Of a stretch of DNA of 32,000 nt, positions 8,907 to 19,910 are shown piece after piece (within the stretch, counting starts at the first letter, position 1; each line of letters begins with the position of its first letter). The notes beneath the pieces were generated by a model. The model was not told the origin of the DNA. It ran no database searches and was given only the letters and a program-made list of their open reading frames with translations. Both the position numbers and the translations under genes were made by a program. This stretch comes from Candidatus Methylomirabilis limnetica (GTDB lineage: Bacteria > Methylomirabilota > Methylomirabilia > Methylomirabilales > Methylomirabilaceae), in assembly GCF_003044035.1 (NCBI RefSeq), contig NZ_NVQC01000026.1, positions 30,001 through 62,000 of the forward strand, written 5' to 3'.

Positions 8907-11486
8907 CTATACCGGAATCGCGTAGCCCTTTTCTCGGAATAACTTCAGACAGGCATCGGCAACGATTGGATCGTACGCGCTGCCGCGCCCGCGCTCGATC
9001 TCGCCGAGCGCATTGTCGATGCCCAGCCCGGGCCGATACGGCCGGTGCGAGGACATCGCCTCGATTACGTCGGCCACCGCCATGATGCGCGCCTCGAGCA
9101 GGATCGCCTCGCCCTTCAGCCCCTGCGGGTAGCCGCCGCCGTCGATGCGCTCGTGGTGCTGCAGCGCGACCTCGGCCACCGGCCAGGGAAACTTCACGCT
9201 CTTTAGCACGTCATAGCCCGATTGCGCATGTCCCTGGATCAACTGAAACTCGATCGCGCTCAGTTTGCCGGGCTTGGACAGGATCTCCGCCGGAATGGTG
9301 ATCTTGCCGACGTCGTGCAGATGACCGGCCACGCGCAGGCCCTCCTGCCGGCGCGCGTCGAATCCAAGCTCGGCGCCGATGGCGACGGCGATTTCCGCCA
9401 CGCGCTGCTCGTGCCCGGCCGTGTAGGGATCGCGCAACGCGATCATGCTCATGGTCACATCCACCGTGCCCATGAGCGCGGCTTCGAGTTCGGCGACGTA
9501 GCGTTTGATCTCGGCTGCCGCGCGCTTTTTCTCGGTGATGTCCTGCGCCATGCCGATGGTGGCCGGCCTGTCCTCGAATGTGGCGAGGCGCCCCTGCACG
9601 CCCAACTCGATGACGGCGCCGTCCTTGCGCCGCACGCGCGCCTCGTAGGAGATCGAAGTCGCGCCGACACACAGCTTCTCCCGCTCCGTCTGCAGGATCG
9701 GCAGGTCTTCCGCAAGGGCGAGGTCATCGATGCGCAGGCCGACCAGTTCTCCCGCGCCGTAGCCGAGCATCTGCTCCAGCCGCGGATTGGCATACAGGAA
9801 CACGCCGTCCTGGGTAATGTAGATGCCGGTCAGCGACTGCTCGATCAAGCCGCGAAAGCGCTTCTCACTCTCCTCAAGGGACTGCTCCTGCCGCCTGCGC
9901 TCGCTGATGTCCCCGATGATGCCGGTGACGAACCAGCCCCCGGCGCTCTCCCATCGGGCGAGCGTGAGTTCCAGCGGAAACTCGCTTCCGTCCTGGCGCA
10001 GTCCATGCAATTCGACCGTCTTCCCGGCGAGGCGCGGCTCCGCGCCGGAACGGATGCGATGCATCCCCGCGAGATGCCCTTCGCGGTAGCGCTCCGGTAT
10101 CAGCAGGGTCATGGGCTGCCCCATCGCCTGCGCTTCGGTATAGCCGAAGATGATCTCGGCGCCGCGGTTCCAGCCCGCGATATTGCCCGCGCTGTCCGAA
10201 GTGATGATGGCTTCATAGGCGGACTGAGTGATCGCCAGGCTGCGTGCCTCGCTTTCGCGCAGCGCCGCCTCGCCACGCTTGCGCTCGGTGATGTCGCACA
10301 GGAAACACACGAACATCCCGTCCTCTCCGGAACGGAACTGCACGCTGACTTCGACGTCGAACACGCTCCCGTCCTTGCGGCGATGCTTCGTTTCGAAACG
10401 GTCCTCACCCTGCCCCACGATCTTCTGCAGGTGTTCGGCGGTGTCCCTAGCCGTTTCGACGGCCTCCAGGTCGGAAATCCGCAGGCTCAGCAGCTCCTCG
10501 ATGCTGTAGCCGCTCATCCGGATATAAGCCTCGTTGACTTCCAGCAGGCGCCCCTGCGTGTCCACCATCCAGAAGCCGTCCATGGCTGTCATGAGAACGG
10601 CCTGGTGCCGCGCCGCGCTCGCCCGCAGCGCCTCCTCCGCCTGCTTGCGCTCGGTGACGTCAATAACGATGGAATGCAGCAACAGGCGGCCGCCCGCTCC
10701 CTGCGCCGGAATCGGGCTGCTGTATACCTCGACGTCGCGCACTTCGCCATTGGCCAGGCGGTGGCGGAAGTCGAAGTGCGTTTTGCGCAGCGTGCGTGCC
10801 CGCTCCATTTCCGCCTGCACCTCGTCCACGGAGAGCACATTGATGTCCTTGATGTTCATCGCCTGCAGCCGCGCCGGATCGAAGCCGTAGTAATCGCAGG
10901 CGGCGCTATTGGCTTTCACGATGCGCCCGTCGGCCGGATCGATCAGCAACTTGACGACGCAGCTCTCGGCGAAAACGCTGCGGTAACGCGCTTCGCTCTC
11001 GCGCAGGGATCGGCTTGCCGTCTCCAGTTCCGCGGTGCGCTCGGCGACGCGGTGCTCCAGCGTCTCGTTTGCCGTGCGCAACTGGATTTCCAGGCGTTTG
11101 CGCTCGATCGCGTAACGCAGCGTGCGCTCGATGAGCGCGCCGCCTGATTCGCCTTTGACGAGGTAATCCTGCGCGCCAAGCTTGATCGCCCTCGAGCCGG
11201 CATGCGGTTCGTGCGACCCCGTCATCACCACCAGCGGCAGCGCCGGGGCGCGGTCCATGATCGCCTGCGCCGTGGCCAGCCCATCGCTGTCGGGCAGGCA
11301 AAGGTCGCACAGTACGGCGTCGAATGGCTCCGCGGCGATGCGTGCCAGCGCATCGGCCAGCCGCTCGACGCTGGTAATGGCGAACGCGCCCGGCGCCTGT
11401 TCGTCGAGCGCGGTGCGCAGCAGCAGCGCATCGCCCGGGTTGTCCTCGATCAGCAGCACGCGCAAGGCAGGCAGGGGCGTATCCAT
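8907..11486 (-). CDS. Response-regulator receiver / multiple PAS / HD-GYP phosphodiesterase hybrid protein
   Basis: N-terminus LRVLLIEDNPGDALLLR...AVLCDLCLPDSDG is a REC domain. Repeated PAS-like blocks follow (e.g. DITERKRGEAALRESE linkers). C-terminus HLHDVGK...HHERIDGGGYPQGL...ADVIEAMSSHRPYR is an HD-GYP domain. Confidence 0.85.
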   Translation of the reverse strand: MDTPLPALRVLLIEDNPGDALLLRTALDEQAPGAFAITSVERLADALARIAAEPFDAVLCDLCLPDSDGLATAQAIMDRAPALPLVVMTGSHEPHAGSRAIKLGAQDYLVKGESGGALIERTLRYAIERKRLEIQLRTANETLEHRVAERTAELETASRSLRESEARYRSVFAESCVVKLLIDPADGRIVKANSAACDYYGFDPARLQAMNIKDINVLSVDEVQAEMERARTLRKTHFDFRHRLANGEVRDVEVYSSPIPAQGAGGRLLLHSIVIDVTERKQAEEALRASAARHQAVLMTAMDGFWMVDTQGRLLEVNEAYIRMSGYSIEELLSLRISDLEAVETARDTAEHLQKIVGQGEDRFETKHRRKDGSVFDVEVSVQFRSGEDGMFVCFLCDITERKRGEAALRESEARSLAITQSAYEAIITSDSAGNIAGWNRGAEIIFGYTEAQAMGQPMTLLIPERYREGHLAGMHRIRSGAEPRLAGKTVELHGLRQDGSEFPLELTLARWESAGGWFVTGIIGDISERRRQEQSLEESEKRFRGLIEQSLTGIYITQDGVFLYANPRLEQMLGYGAGELVGLRIDDLALAEDLPILQTEREKLCVGATSISYEARVRRKDGAVIELGVQGRLATFEDRPATIGMAQDITEKKRAAAEIKRYVAELEAALMGTVDVTMSMIALRDPYTAGHEQRVAEIAVAIGAELGFDARRQEGLRVAGHLHDVGKITIPAEILSKPGKLSAIEFQLIQGHAQSGYDVLKSVKFPWPVAEVALQHHERIDGGGYPQGLKGEAILLEARIMAVADVIEAMSSHRPYRPGLGIDNALGEIERGRGSAYDPIVADACLKLFREKGYAIPV

Positions 11487-11490
11487 GGTT

Positions 11491-11940
11491 CTATCCTTTG
11501 GGCAAGACCACGACCTTGATCCAGAACTCTTCGATCTGGGCGACGATCTTCATGAACTGCGCCAGATCCACCGGCTTGGTCACGTAGCAGTTCGCATGCA
11601 GGTCGTAGGCGCGCAGCACGTCTTCCTCGGCGCGCGAAGTGGTCAGGACCACCACCGGGATGCGCTTGAGCGCGGGATCGGCTTTCACTTCGGCCAGCAC
11701 CGCGCGCCCGTCCTTCTTCGGCAGGTTCAGGTCGAGCAGGATCAGATCCGGCCGCGGCGCATCGCCGAAGCGGCCTTCGCGGCGCAGGAACTGCATCGCC
11801 TCGACGCCGTCCTCGACGACGTGGATGCGGTTGCTCATCTTGGCTTCGCGCATCGCCTCGATGGTGAGGCGGGCGTCGCCAGGGTTGTCTTCCACCAGCA
11901 GGATTTCGATCGAACGGGCGTTGACTTCATTGGAACTCAT
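11491..11940 (-). CDS. Single-domain CheY-like response regulator
   Basis: [14 protein letters not shown]...[15 protein letters not shown]...PVVVLTTS...ANCYVTKP are all receiver-domain landmarks. The stop lies 4 nt before the next start at 11486. Confidence 0.85.
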   Translation of the reverse strand: MSSNEVNARSIEILLVEDNPGDARLTIEAMREAKMSNRIHVVEDGVEAMQFLRREGRFGDAPRPDLILLDLNLPKKDGRAVLAEVKADPALKRIPVVVLTTSRAEEDVLRAYDLHANCYVTKPVDLAQFMKIVAQIEEFWIKVVVLPKG

Positions 11941-11945
11941 GGGAG

Positions 11946-11957
11946 TTTCTCCTCAGG
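11946..11957. repeat. Left copy of the 12-bp direct repeat tttctcctcagg (putative target-site duplication)
   Basis: Identical 12-mer at 12681-12692. The bases immediately outside both copies differ. Confidence 0.75.
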
Positions 11958-12650
11958 TTGCGGATTCAGAATTCAGAATTCAGAATTCAGAATCCAGAAT
12001 CCTACTACTGACTCCTGCCTCCTGCCTCCTGACTACTGCCTCCTGACTCCTGCCTCCTGACTCCTGCCTCCTGCCTCCTGACTACTGCCTCCTGCCTCCT
12101 GCCTCCTGACTACTGCCTCCTGACTCCTGCCTCCTGACTCCTGCCTCCTGCCTCCTGAATTTTGAATTCAGGAGTCAGAATTCCGGATGGTGCGCGAATA
12201 GGCTTCAAGCAGTTTGCTGACTTCTTCAAGCAACGGTATCAATTTGGAAACATCGCCGTAATCAAGGTCCATGGTGAGAATCAAATAGTATCGGGATTCT
12301 TCGAGGGAACCTTGTGCGATGTTGTAAAAGCGGAGTTTGTCTTCTGTTCCGCGTTTCTTGAATCCTTCCGCAATGTTTGCCGCAACGGAGACGGCCGCGC
12401 GTCGAAATTGAGACGACAGACCATAGGCCTCAGTTCGCGGGAATGTCCAGGACAAACGATAGGCCGCAAGTACAAACTGGTGGGCCTTTTGCCACACCAC
12501 CAAGTCCTCAAAGCGCGTCGCCGGCGACCTCATGCTGACTCCTCAATTTTGAATCCAGAATTCAGAATTCAGAATTCAGCCTCCTGACTCCTGACTCCTG
12601 CCTCCTGACTCCTGACTCCTGACTCCTGCCTCCTGACTCCTGACTCCTGA

Positions 12651-12680
<30 letters not shown>
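11958..12680 (-). mobile_element. Four-helix-bundle gene cassette flanked by compound heptamer arrays
   Basis: Same-sense arrays (gaattca)4-5 + (cctcctg/actcctg/actactg)n lie at 11958-12167 and 12534-12680 on either side of ORF 12168-12533. The block is bracketed by the 12-bp direct repeat. In-silico removal restores an ATGA kinase/regulator overlap. Confidence 0.7.
12168..12533 (-). CDS. Four-helix-bundle protein (23S rRNA intervening-sequence protein / Avd-like family)
   Basis: 121 aa. FEDLVVWQKAHQFVLAAYRLS, GLSSQFRRAAVSVAANIAEGF and AQGSLEESRYYLIL are the hallmark helices of this family. gaggag lies 6 nt upstream of the ATG. Confidence 0.85.
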   Translation of the reverse strand: MRSPATRFEDLVVWQKAHQFVLAAYRLSWTFPRTEAYGLSSQFRRAAVSVAANIAEGFKKRGTEDKLRFYNIAQGSLEESRYYLILTMDLDYGDVSKLIPLLEEVSKLLEAYSRTIRNSDS

Positions 12681-15263
<2,583 letters not shown>

Positions 15264-15623
15264 TTCTATTTTGACCCTGCACTTTTTCGGAGACCTGATA
15301 TTGACCTATATCAATGGTTGTCTCTTTTTCACGGGCTCATGCGGTTGCATAGCGGCGGCGTGCCGAAGGTTTCGCAAAACAAATTGATAAGAAATCGCTT
15401 TTCGGGCGGTACGGGCACGCGCCCGTGGAGGCCGCAGGAAGAAGCGCACTCATGGGGGAAAGTGTGTGGGAATCATGTTGGAGAGTCAAGCTTAAAGTGG
15501 GATCACGCGTGTTGCGGCGCCGAGGCCGATCTGAATACCGACGCGGACCCGGCGTGCTGCGAGCAGGGCCGCACGTCGGCAGACCGCTCCTGTCGCGATG
15601 GTCTAATCCGTTCGCGTCCATCA

Positions 15624-15863
15624 TCACCGGTTCAGTGTCGTCATCCGGACAGGGTCATCGAGCCAGGGTTCGATGACCCTGTCCGCCATCTCAGGCGATG
15701 CTCTTGCTGAAGAGACGCGCACACCCTGTTGCCACACTCCGAGATGGCGAAGGATGCGCTCGATGACCTGCCGGTCCTCACTGAGCGAGACGAGCCGCCT
15801 GTCCCGCTGACACGTCGGACAGAGCAAGAGGATCCGCGTCTCAGACTGTCTTGATGAGTTCAC
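15624..15863 (-). pseudogene. C-terminal remnant of an IS91-family (Y2/rolling-circle) transposase
   Basis: ..LLCPTCQRDRRLVSLSEDRQVIERILRHLGVWQQGVRV...VIEPWLDDP resembles, from memory, the zinc-ribbon plus ILRHLGLW... tail of IS91-type transposases. There is no room for the ~300-aa catalytic part before the ino1 repeat. Confidence 0.5.
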
Positions 15864-15985
15864 GCCATGTCTCCCGAGGGGATCCGGCGGGGTTGGTGTT
15901 CCGATACATCGATCACCTCCACGGTCGTGCCGGCGGCAAAGAAGGGATCGAGGTAGTGCGGCCCCCTTCGACGAAGCTCAGGACA

Positions 15986-16454
15986 GGCTCAAGCCCCGCC
16001 CATGCCTGCTCGATAGGCATCTCCGGATTCGTAGTAATCAAGCCCGGAGTGGTCAAGTACCTCTTCCCCGACCAGGATGCGCAAGGTATTTGTCAGCTTT
16101 AGATGTTGGATGAACAGGTCATGCTCCGGCTGCAGGTCCACTCGGGCCATCGGAGACTTGAAGTAGAACGAGAGCCACTCCTGAATGCCCGATAATCCGG
16201 CCCGTTGGGCCAGGTCCAGAAACAGTGCCAGATCAAGGGCTACCGGCGCTGCCAGGATGGAGTCCCGACAGAGGAAGTTGATCTTGATCTGCATCGGCTG
16301 ACCGAGCCAACCGAAGATGTCGATGTTATCCCACCCCTCTTTAGCATCGCCCCGCGGCGGATAATATTCAATGCGGACCTTGTGGAACACCTTGCCATAC
16401 AGATCCGGATAGAGCTCCGGCTGCAGGATCGCGCCCAGCACCGAGCTCTTGCTC
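15986..16454. repeat. Right copy of the 469-bp direct repeat (3' end of intact ino1)
   Basis: Collinear with 8179-8647. Homology starts 3 nt beyond the stop codon and ends inside the gene. Confidence 0.9.
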
Positions 16455-17362
16455 ACCTCCTTGGTTCTGAACGATCCCTGATCATCCAGCACCTCGCCGT
16501 CCCGGTTCCCCAGGATGTTGGTGGAAAACCAGCCGGTCAGCCCCAGCATCTTGGCCTTCAGCCCTGGCGCGACCACGGTTTTCAGAAAGGTCTGGCCCGT
16601 CTTGAAGTCCTTCCCGGCGATCGGGACGTGCCTTTTGTGAGCGTACTCTACCAGCGCCGGGATATCCACAGCCAGGTTGGGTGAGCCATTCGCAAAGGGC
16701 ACGCCAGCCGAGATAGCGGCATAGGTATAGATCATGCACGGGGAGATTTCCGGGGCGTTCGCCTTGAGGCCAGCTTCAAAGGCCTCGATCGTCTCGTGCA
16801 CGGGGGACGGCTGCATGAAGACCTCTGTTGATCCACACCAGACCATCACGACACGCTGGACCCCCTCTCTCCGACGGAAGGCCTCGATATCTTCGATCAG
16901 CATATCCGCCAGGTGTTTCTTGGTCGGGCCGGCTTTAAGGTGCGGCCCCGACAACCTCCGCACATAGGCCTGCTCGAAGACCGCTGGCCACGGCCTGACG
17001 GATTCCAGTTGGTCTTTGACCTGGTCCAGCAACTCCCTGGACAGAACCCCGGCATGGCATGCGATCTGATAGGCGTTCTCAGGAAAGATGTCCCAGCCAC
17101 CGAAGACCAGATCGTTAAGATTAGTGAGGGGGACCACCTCCTTGATCAGGGCAAACCGAGGGTTGGTCCGCTTGCCCAGGCGCATCCGCTGCATCTGCGT
17201 GAGGGAACCGTGCGGTTGGGCAAGACCTTTGTTGATCAGGTGGACCCCTGCGATAAGGGTAGTGGCCACCGCACCCAACCCCGGGAGCAGCACCCCAAGC
17301 GTACCTGTGGCCGGCTTGATCGCCCTGATCAGTTCCGGATAGAGAGAACTCTTTTCGCTCAT
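15989..17362 (-). CDS. ino1: myo-Inositol-1-phosphate synthase (archaeal/bacterial type)
   Basis: The start at 17362 (MSEKSSLYPE..) overlaps the upstream stop by 4 nt. NAD-binding LLPGLGAVATTLIAG, LVFGGWDI, AGKDFKTGQT, WFSTNILGNRDGEVL, NFLCRDSILAAPVALDLALFLDL. The ORF-track extension to 17689 overlaps the upstream gene and is rejected. Confidence 0.85.
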   Translation of the reverse strand: MSEKSSLYPELIRAIKPATGTLGVLLPGLGAVATTLIAGVHLINKGLAQPHGSLTQMQRMRLGKRTNPRFALIKEVVPLTNLNDLVFGGWDIFPENAYQIACHAGVLSRELLDQVKDQLESVRPWPAVFEQAYVRRLSGPHLKAGPTKKHLADMLIEDIEAFRRREGVQRVVMVWCGSTEVFMQPSPVHETIEAFEAGLKANAPEISPCMIYTYAAISAGVPFANGSPNLAVDIPALVEYAHKRHVPIAGKDFKTGQTFLKTVVAPGLKAKMLGLTGWFSTNILGNRDGEVLDDQGSFRTKEVSKSSVLGAILQPELYPDLYGKVFHKVRIEYYPPRGDAKEGWDNIDIFGWLGQPMQIKINFLCRDSILAAPVALDLALFLDLAQRAGLSGIQEWLSFYFKSPMARVDLQPEHDLFIQHLKLTNTLRILVGEEVLDHSGLDYYESGDAYRAGMGGA

Positions 17363-18585
17363 GCCTTTACCCTTTCCCTGCGTGAGGTCCACAGCAATAT
17401 GAAGAAAAAGAGCGGCGCACCGAAGGCGGCCAGAACCAAAAACCAATGAGCCTTTCCTAGTGCCGATAGGATGACGACAAGGTAGATGAAATCCCGCTTT
17501 GCGAGGGCATCGGCAAGAGTGATAAGGCGGGATGGGGCCTCGGAGTTGGTGACGGAGGTAAAGAGCGGCCCCTCTGAGACCTTGTTCCGCATGGTCTGTC
17601 GGTAGACGAGACCGGCTGACAGGAGGGTGCCGATCACCGCGGAAACCGCTAAGACCAAGGGGGCAGGAGCCTTGATGGCCATCTGCCATCCCAAGCCGAT
17701 GCAGACAAAGACTACCGAGTGTACAACATTATCTCCCCAGAAGTCCAGGATGCCGCCCAGGCGAGACTCCAGATACTTGAGCCTGGCGATCTCCCCATCG
17801 CAGCCGTCCAGGATCGAATGCAAGAGGAACAGGAGCGCGCCGGTCAGTTGATACGCTGGTATGGACGAGAGAAAGAACAGGGCCCCCAATAGACCTATCG
17901 CCACGCTTACGGCTGTCATCTGGTTCGGGGTGATGTCCGTGCGTACGAGGCATCGGGTGACTGCCAGTGAAATCTTTCGCTCGAAATGCCTCGACATGAA
18001 GCCTTCCGTATCTTTGACCAGACCGCGCAGGAGCCACCGCTCGGCACTACGAAGATCCGCCCGGTTCGAGACCCGGACCCAGCCGGCACCGTCTATGAGA
18101 GCGCCCACTCTTTGGTAGGTCCGCTCCAGTCCGGAGAACACAGACAGATCATCGTCAGCACGCCCAATCATTGACAGAAGGACCTTGGGGTCAGCCGTCT
18201 CAACGGCAGCGATTCCGCTGGCTGGGACATGCATCGTCTCAGCGCGTAACGGCATCTCGGTGAGATGCGTGAGCAGCGATGGGCGCAGGAGAAGGTCAGA
18301 GGCGAGTACCAGGATACGGCTGGAGTGCGGGTGGCCCGTCTGAGTGCAACGCACAGGCAGGTCGGTGAGCTTCTCTGGAGGAAGCAGTACTGCCCGCGTT
18401 CCTGTCAAGAGCCTCGTGAGTCCTGGCCAACCGGTATCCACCACTAGAATCTCATGGCAGCCCGCTCGGGAGGCGACCATCACCATACGCCGAAGCAACG
18501 GGATCCCGGCTACAACGGTATCCGGGGAGATCTCTCCCGAGCCCTTCGTCATCATGATCAGGACCGTGGCTCCCTTCATGACCAT
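17359..18585 (-). CDS. IPCT/DIPPS-like fusion: nucleotidyltransferase-like N-domain plus CDP-alcohol phosphatidyltransferase membrane domain
   Basis: C-terminal half has the CDP-alcohol transferase motif DGCDGEIARLKYLESRLGGILDFWGDNVVH and about 6 hydrophobic helices. The N-half has an NTP-transferase-like fold signature with the G-x-G-T/S-R and PK motifs altered (MMTKGSGEISPDTVV). An alternative ATG lies at 18579. Confidence 0.75.
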   Translation of the reverse strand: MVMKGATVLIMMTKGSGEISPDTVVAGIPLLRRMVMVASRAGCHEILVVDTGWPGLTRLLTGTRAVLLPPEKLTDLPVRCTQTGHPHSSRILVLASDLLLRPSLLTHLTEMPLRAETMHVPASGIAAVETADPKVLLSMIGRADDDLSVFSGLERTYQRVGALIDGAGWVRVSNRADLRSAERWLLRGLVKDTEGFMSRHFERKISLAVTRCLVRTDITPNQMTAVSVAIGLLGALFFLSSIPAYQLTGALLFLLHSILDGCDGEIARLKYLESRLGGILDFWGDNVVHSVVFVCIGLGWQMAIKAPAPLVLAVSAVIGTLLSAGLVYRQTMRNKVSEGPLFTSVTNSEAPSRLITLADALAKRDFIYLVVILSALGKAHWFLVLAAFGAPLFFFILLWTSRRERVKA

Positions 18586-18598
18586 ACGTTCACACTGC

Positions 18599-18759
18599 GT
18601 AACTACTCAGGTAGATAGGCTGAAGGCTGAAGGCTTTTAGGGGAAAGTCATGCGTGATCATACAAAACTCCGAAAAGGTCTTGAATGGCTCGATTCGTGC
18701 CTTGCGAGATAATTTAGAACCTTCAGCCTTCAGCCTTCAGCCTAAACACCTTGTAGTTA
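18599..18759 (+). mobile_element. Family-1 miniature cassette, copy b, with 9-bp flanking direct repeat
   Basis: tcacactgc at 18590-18598 and 18760-18768 flanks the element. Termini gtaactactcagg ... ccttgtagtta are inverted. A 17-bp perfect stem forms between aggctgaaggctgaagg and ccttcagccttcagcct. The interior holds MRDHTKL.. and ..EKVLNGSIRALRDN remnants in different frames. Confidence 0.7.
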
Positions 18760-18774
18760 TCACACTGCAATGTA

Positions 18775-18818
18775 AGGGCGCCGCTTGCTGCGCCCTCTGG
18801 GCAGGGCAAGCCCTGCCC
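18775..18818 (-). terminator. Tandem GC-rich hairpins immediately 3' of the oxidoreductase stop codon (no U-tract)
   Basis: agggcgc-cgcttgct-gcgccct and gggcaggg-caag-ccctgccc. The stop codon is at 18819-18821. A similar gggcaggc/gcctgccc motif occurs at 31878-31968. Confidence 0.35.
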
Positions 18819-19901
18819 CTACACGGACAAATGCTGGCCCCCTCTGGCGTGCGATTCCTTGGCACGGTGCAGAAGTTGTACGCAGTGCGACGCCATGGCG
18901 AGGTTCTCTCCGCTCCGCTCAGTGTCCGAAATCTCCTGTAGAAACTCGTCCCTCACCTGGCAGAACCACTCCGGATGGTGGGAGCCCTGCGAGAGCGGCT
19001 GTTCGAATGTCCAGTCCTGCTCGTCCCCGTCGCTTTTTAGAATCAGGGTGCCATCCTCTATCCGGATGGCCCCACGGGTCCCCTCGATCACAGCGCTATT
19101 GCCACGTGAAGACGCGGCCCACGTCAGAAAGATATCGGCCACTGCCTCAGGAAAGTTCACCTGAACGGTCGCCGTATCCTCAACGGGCCATTCTGGATGC
19201 ACTCGCTTCTCGAGCGTGGCGGATATCGTCCTCGGGTCTTGACAAAGCCAGCGTAGGATGATGTACAGGGCGTGCCAACCGTGGTCAAGCAGGATTCCGC
19301 CACCCGCCATAGCCGGATCGAGCCGCCAGTTGCCGTGCGCTGCTCCACCTTGACTGGGCTCAGGACAGCCCTCGACGGAGCCTATGGTGAGCTCAGTCGA
19401 ACCGCTCAGGACAGGCCCAACCGAGATTGATGGTTCACGACGGAGTACCTGCCAGCTTATGTGCCGCACTGTCCCGATCTGCCCCTCCAGGATTAAGTCC
19501 GTTGCCTTTTTGATGATCGGCGCGTACAGCCAGTTATGGACGGTATGCAGGACTCGCCCGCTTTCTACTTGCGCACGCCTCACGAGTCGCAGCTCATCGG
19601 GAGAGAGCACGAGAGGCTTTTCACATAAGACATGGAGTCCCCGCTGGAGGGCCAGATGGGTGATAGATGCGTGGGTTCCGGGGGGCGTGCAGATATCGAT
19701 AAAATCGAGGGGCTCGGAGGCAAGCAGCGCCTCGACCTCAGTGTAGAGCCTCGCCTTTGGAAGACGCCCTCTGGCCTCGACGAGCCGCGGCTCGATGGCA
19801 TCAGCGGCGGCAACGATCTGGGCCTGCTCGCACCCCTCCCATCCGGGCAGATGCCCATTTACCGCTACATTTCCCAGGCCGATGATGGCGCCTCTCAACA
19901 T
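18819..19901 (-). CDS. Gfo/Idh/MocA-family NAD(P)-dependent oxidoreductase
   Basis: N-terminal Rossmann IIGLGNVAVNGHLPGW, EKPL motif (LCEKPLV), and C-terminal GGGILLDHGWHALY typical of the family. Confidence 0.75.
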   Translation of the reverse strand: MLRGAIIGLGNVAVNGHLPGWEGCEQAQIVAAADAIEPRLVEARGRLPKARLYTEVEALLASEPLDFIDICTPPGTHASITHLALQRGLHVLCEKPLVLSPDELRLVRRAQVESGRVLHTVHNWLYAPIIKKATDLILEGQIGTVRHISWQVLRREPSISVGPVLSGSTELTIGSVEGCPEPSQGGAAHGNWRLDPAMAGGGILLDHGWHALYIILRWLCQDPRTISATLEKRVHPEWPVEDTATVQVNFPEAVADIFLTWAASSRGNSAVIEGTRGAIRIEDGTLILKSDGDEQDWTFEQPLSQGSHHPEWFCQVRDEFLQEISDTERSGENLAMASHCVQLLHRAKESHARGGQHLSV

Positions 19902-19910
19902 CTCTTAAAG

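Noticed and set aside
9222-11147. A 641-aa ORF lies on the + strand. Other long + strand ORFs occur across 11182-15710 (for example 11182..12060, 12753..13673, 13833..14624 and 14679..15710).
   Set aside because: They lie antisense to well-supported domain-containing genes in a very GC-rich block, where stop codons are rare. The translations are Arg/Ala/Gly/Leu-rich with no recognisable motifs, so they are a composition artefact.
15989-17689. The ORF-track version of ino1 is 566 aa.
   Set aside because: The first 109 residues overlap the 3' end of the upstream CDP-alcohol transferase gene and are low-complexity (Arg/Pro/Gly-rich). MSEKSS.. at 17362 gives a normal-length MIPS with a 4-nt start/stop overlap.
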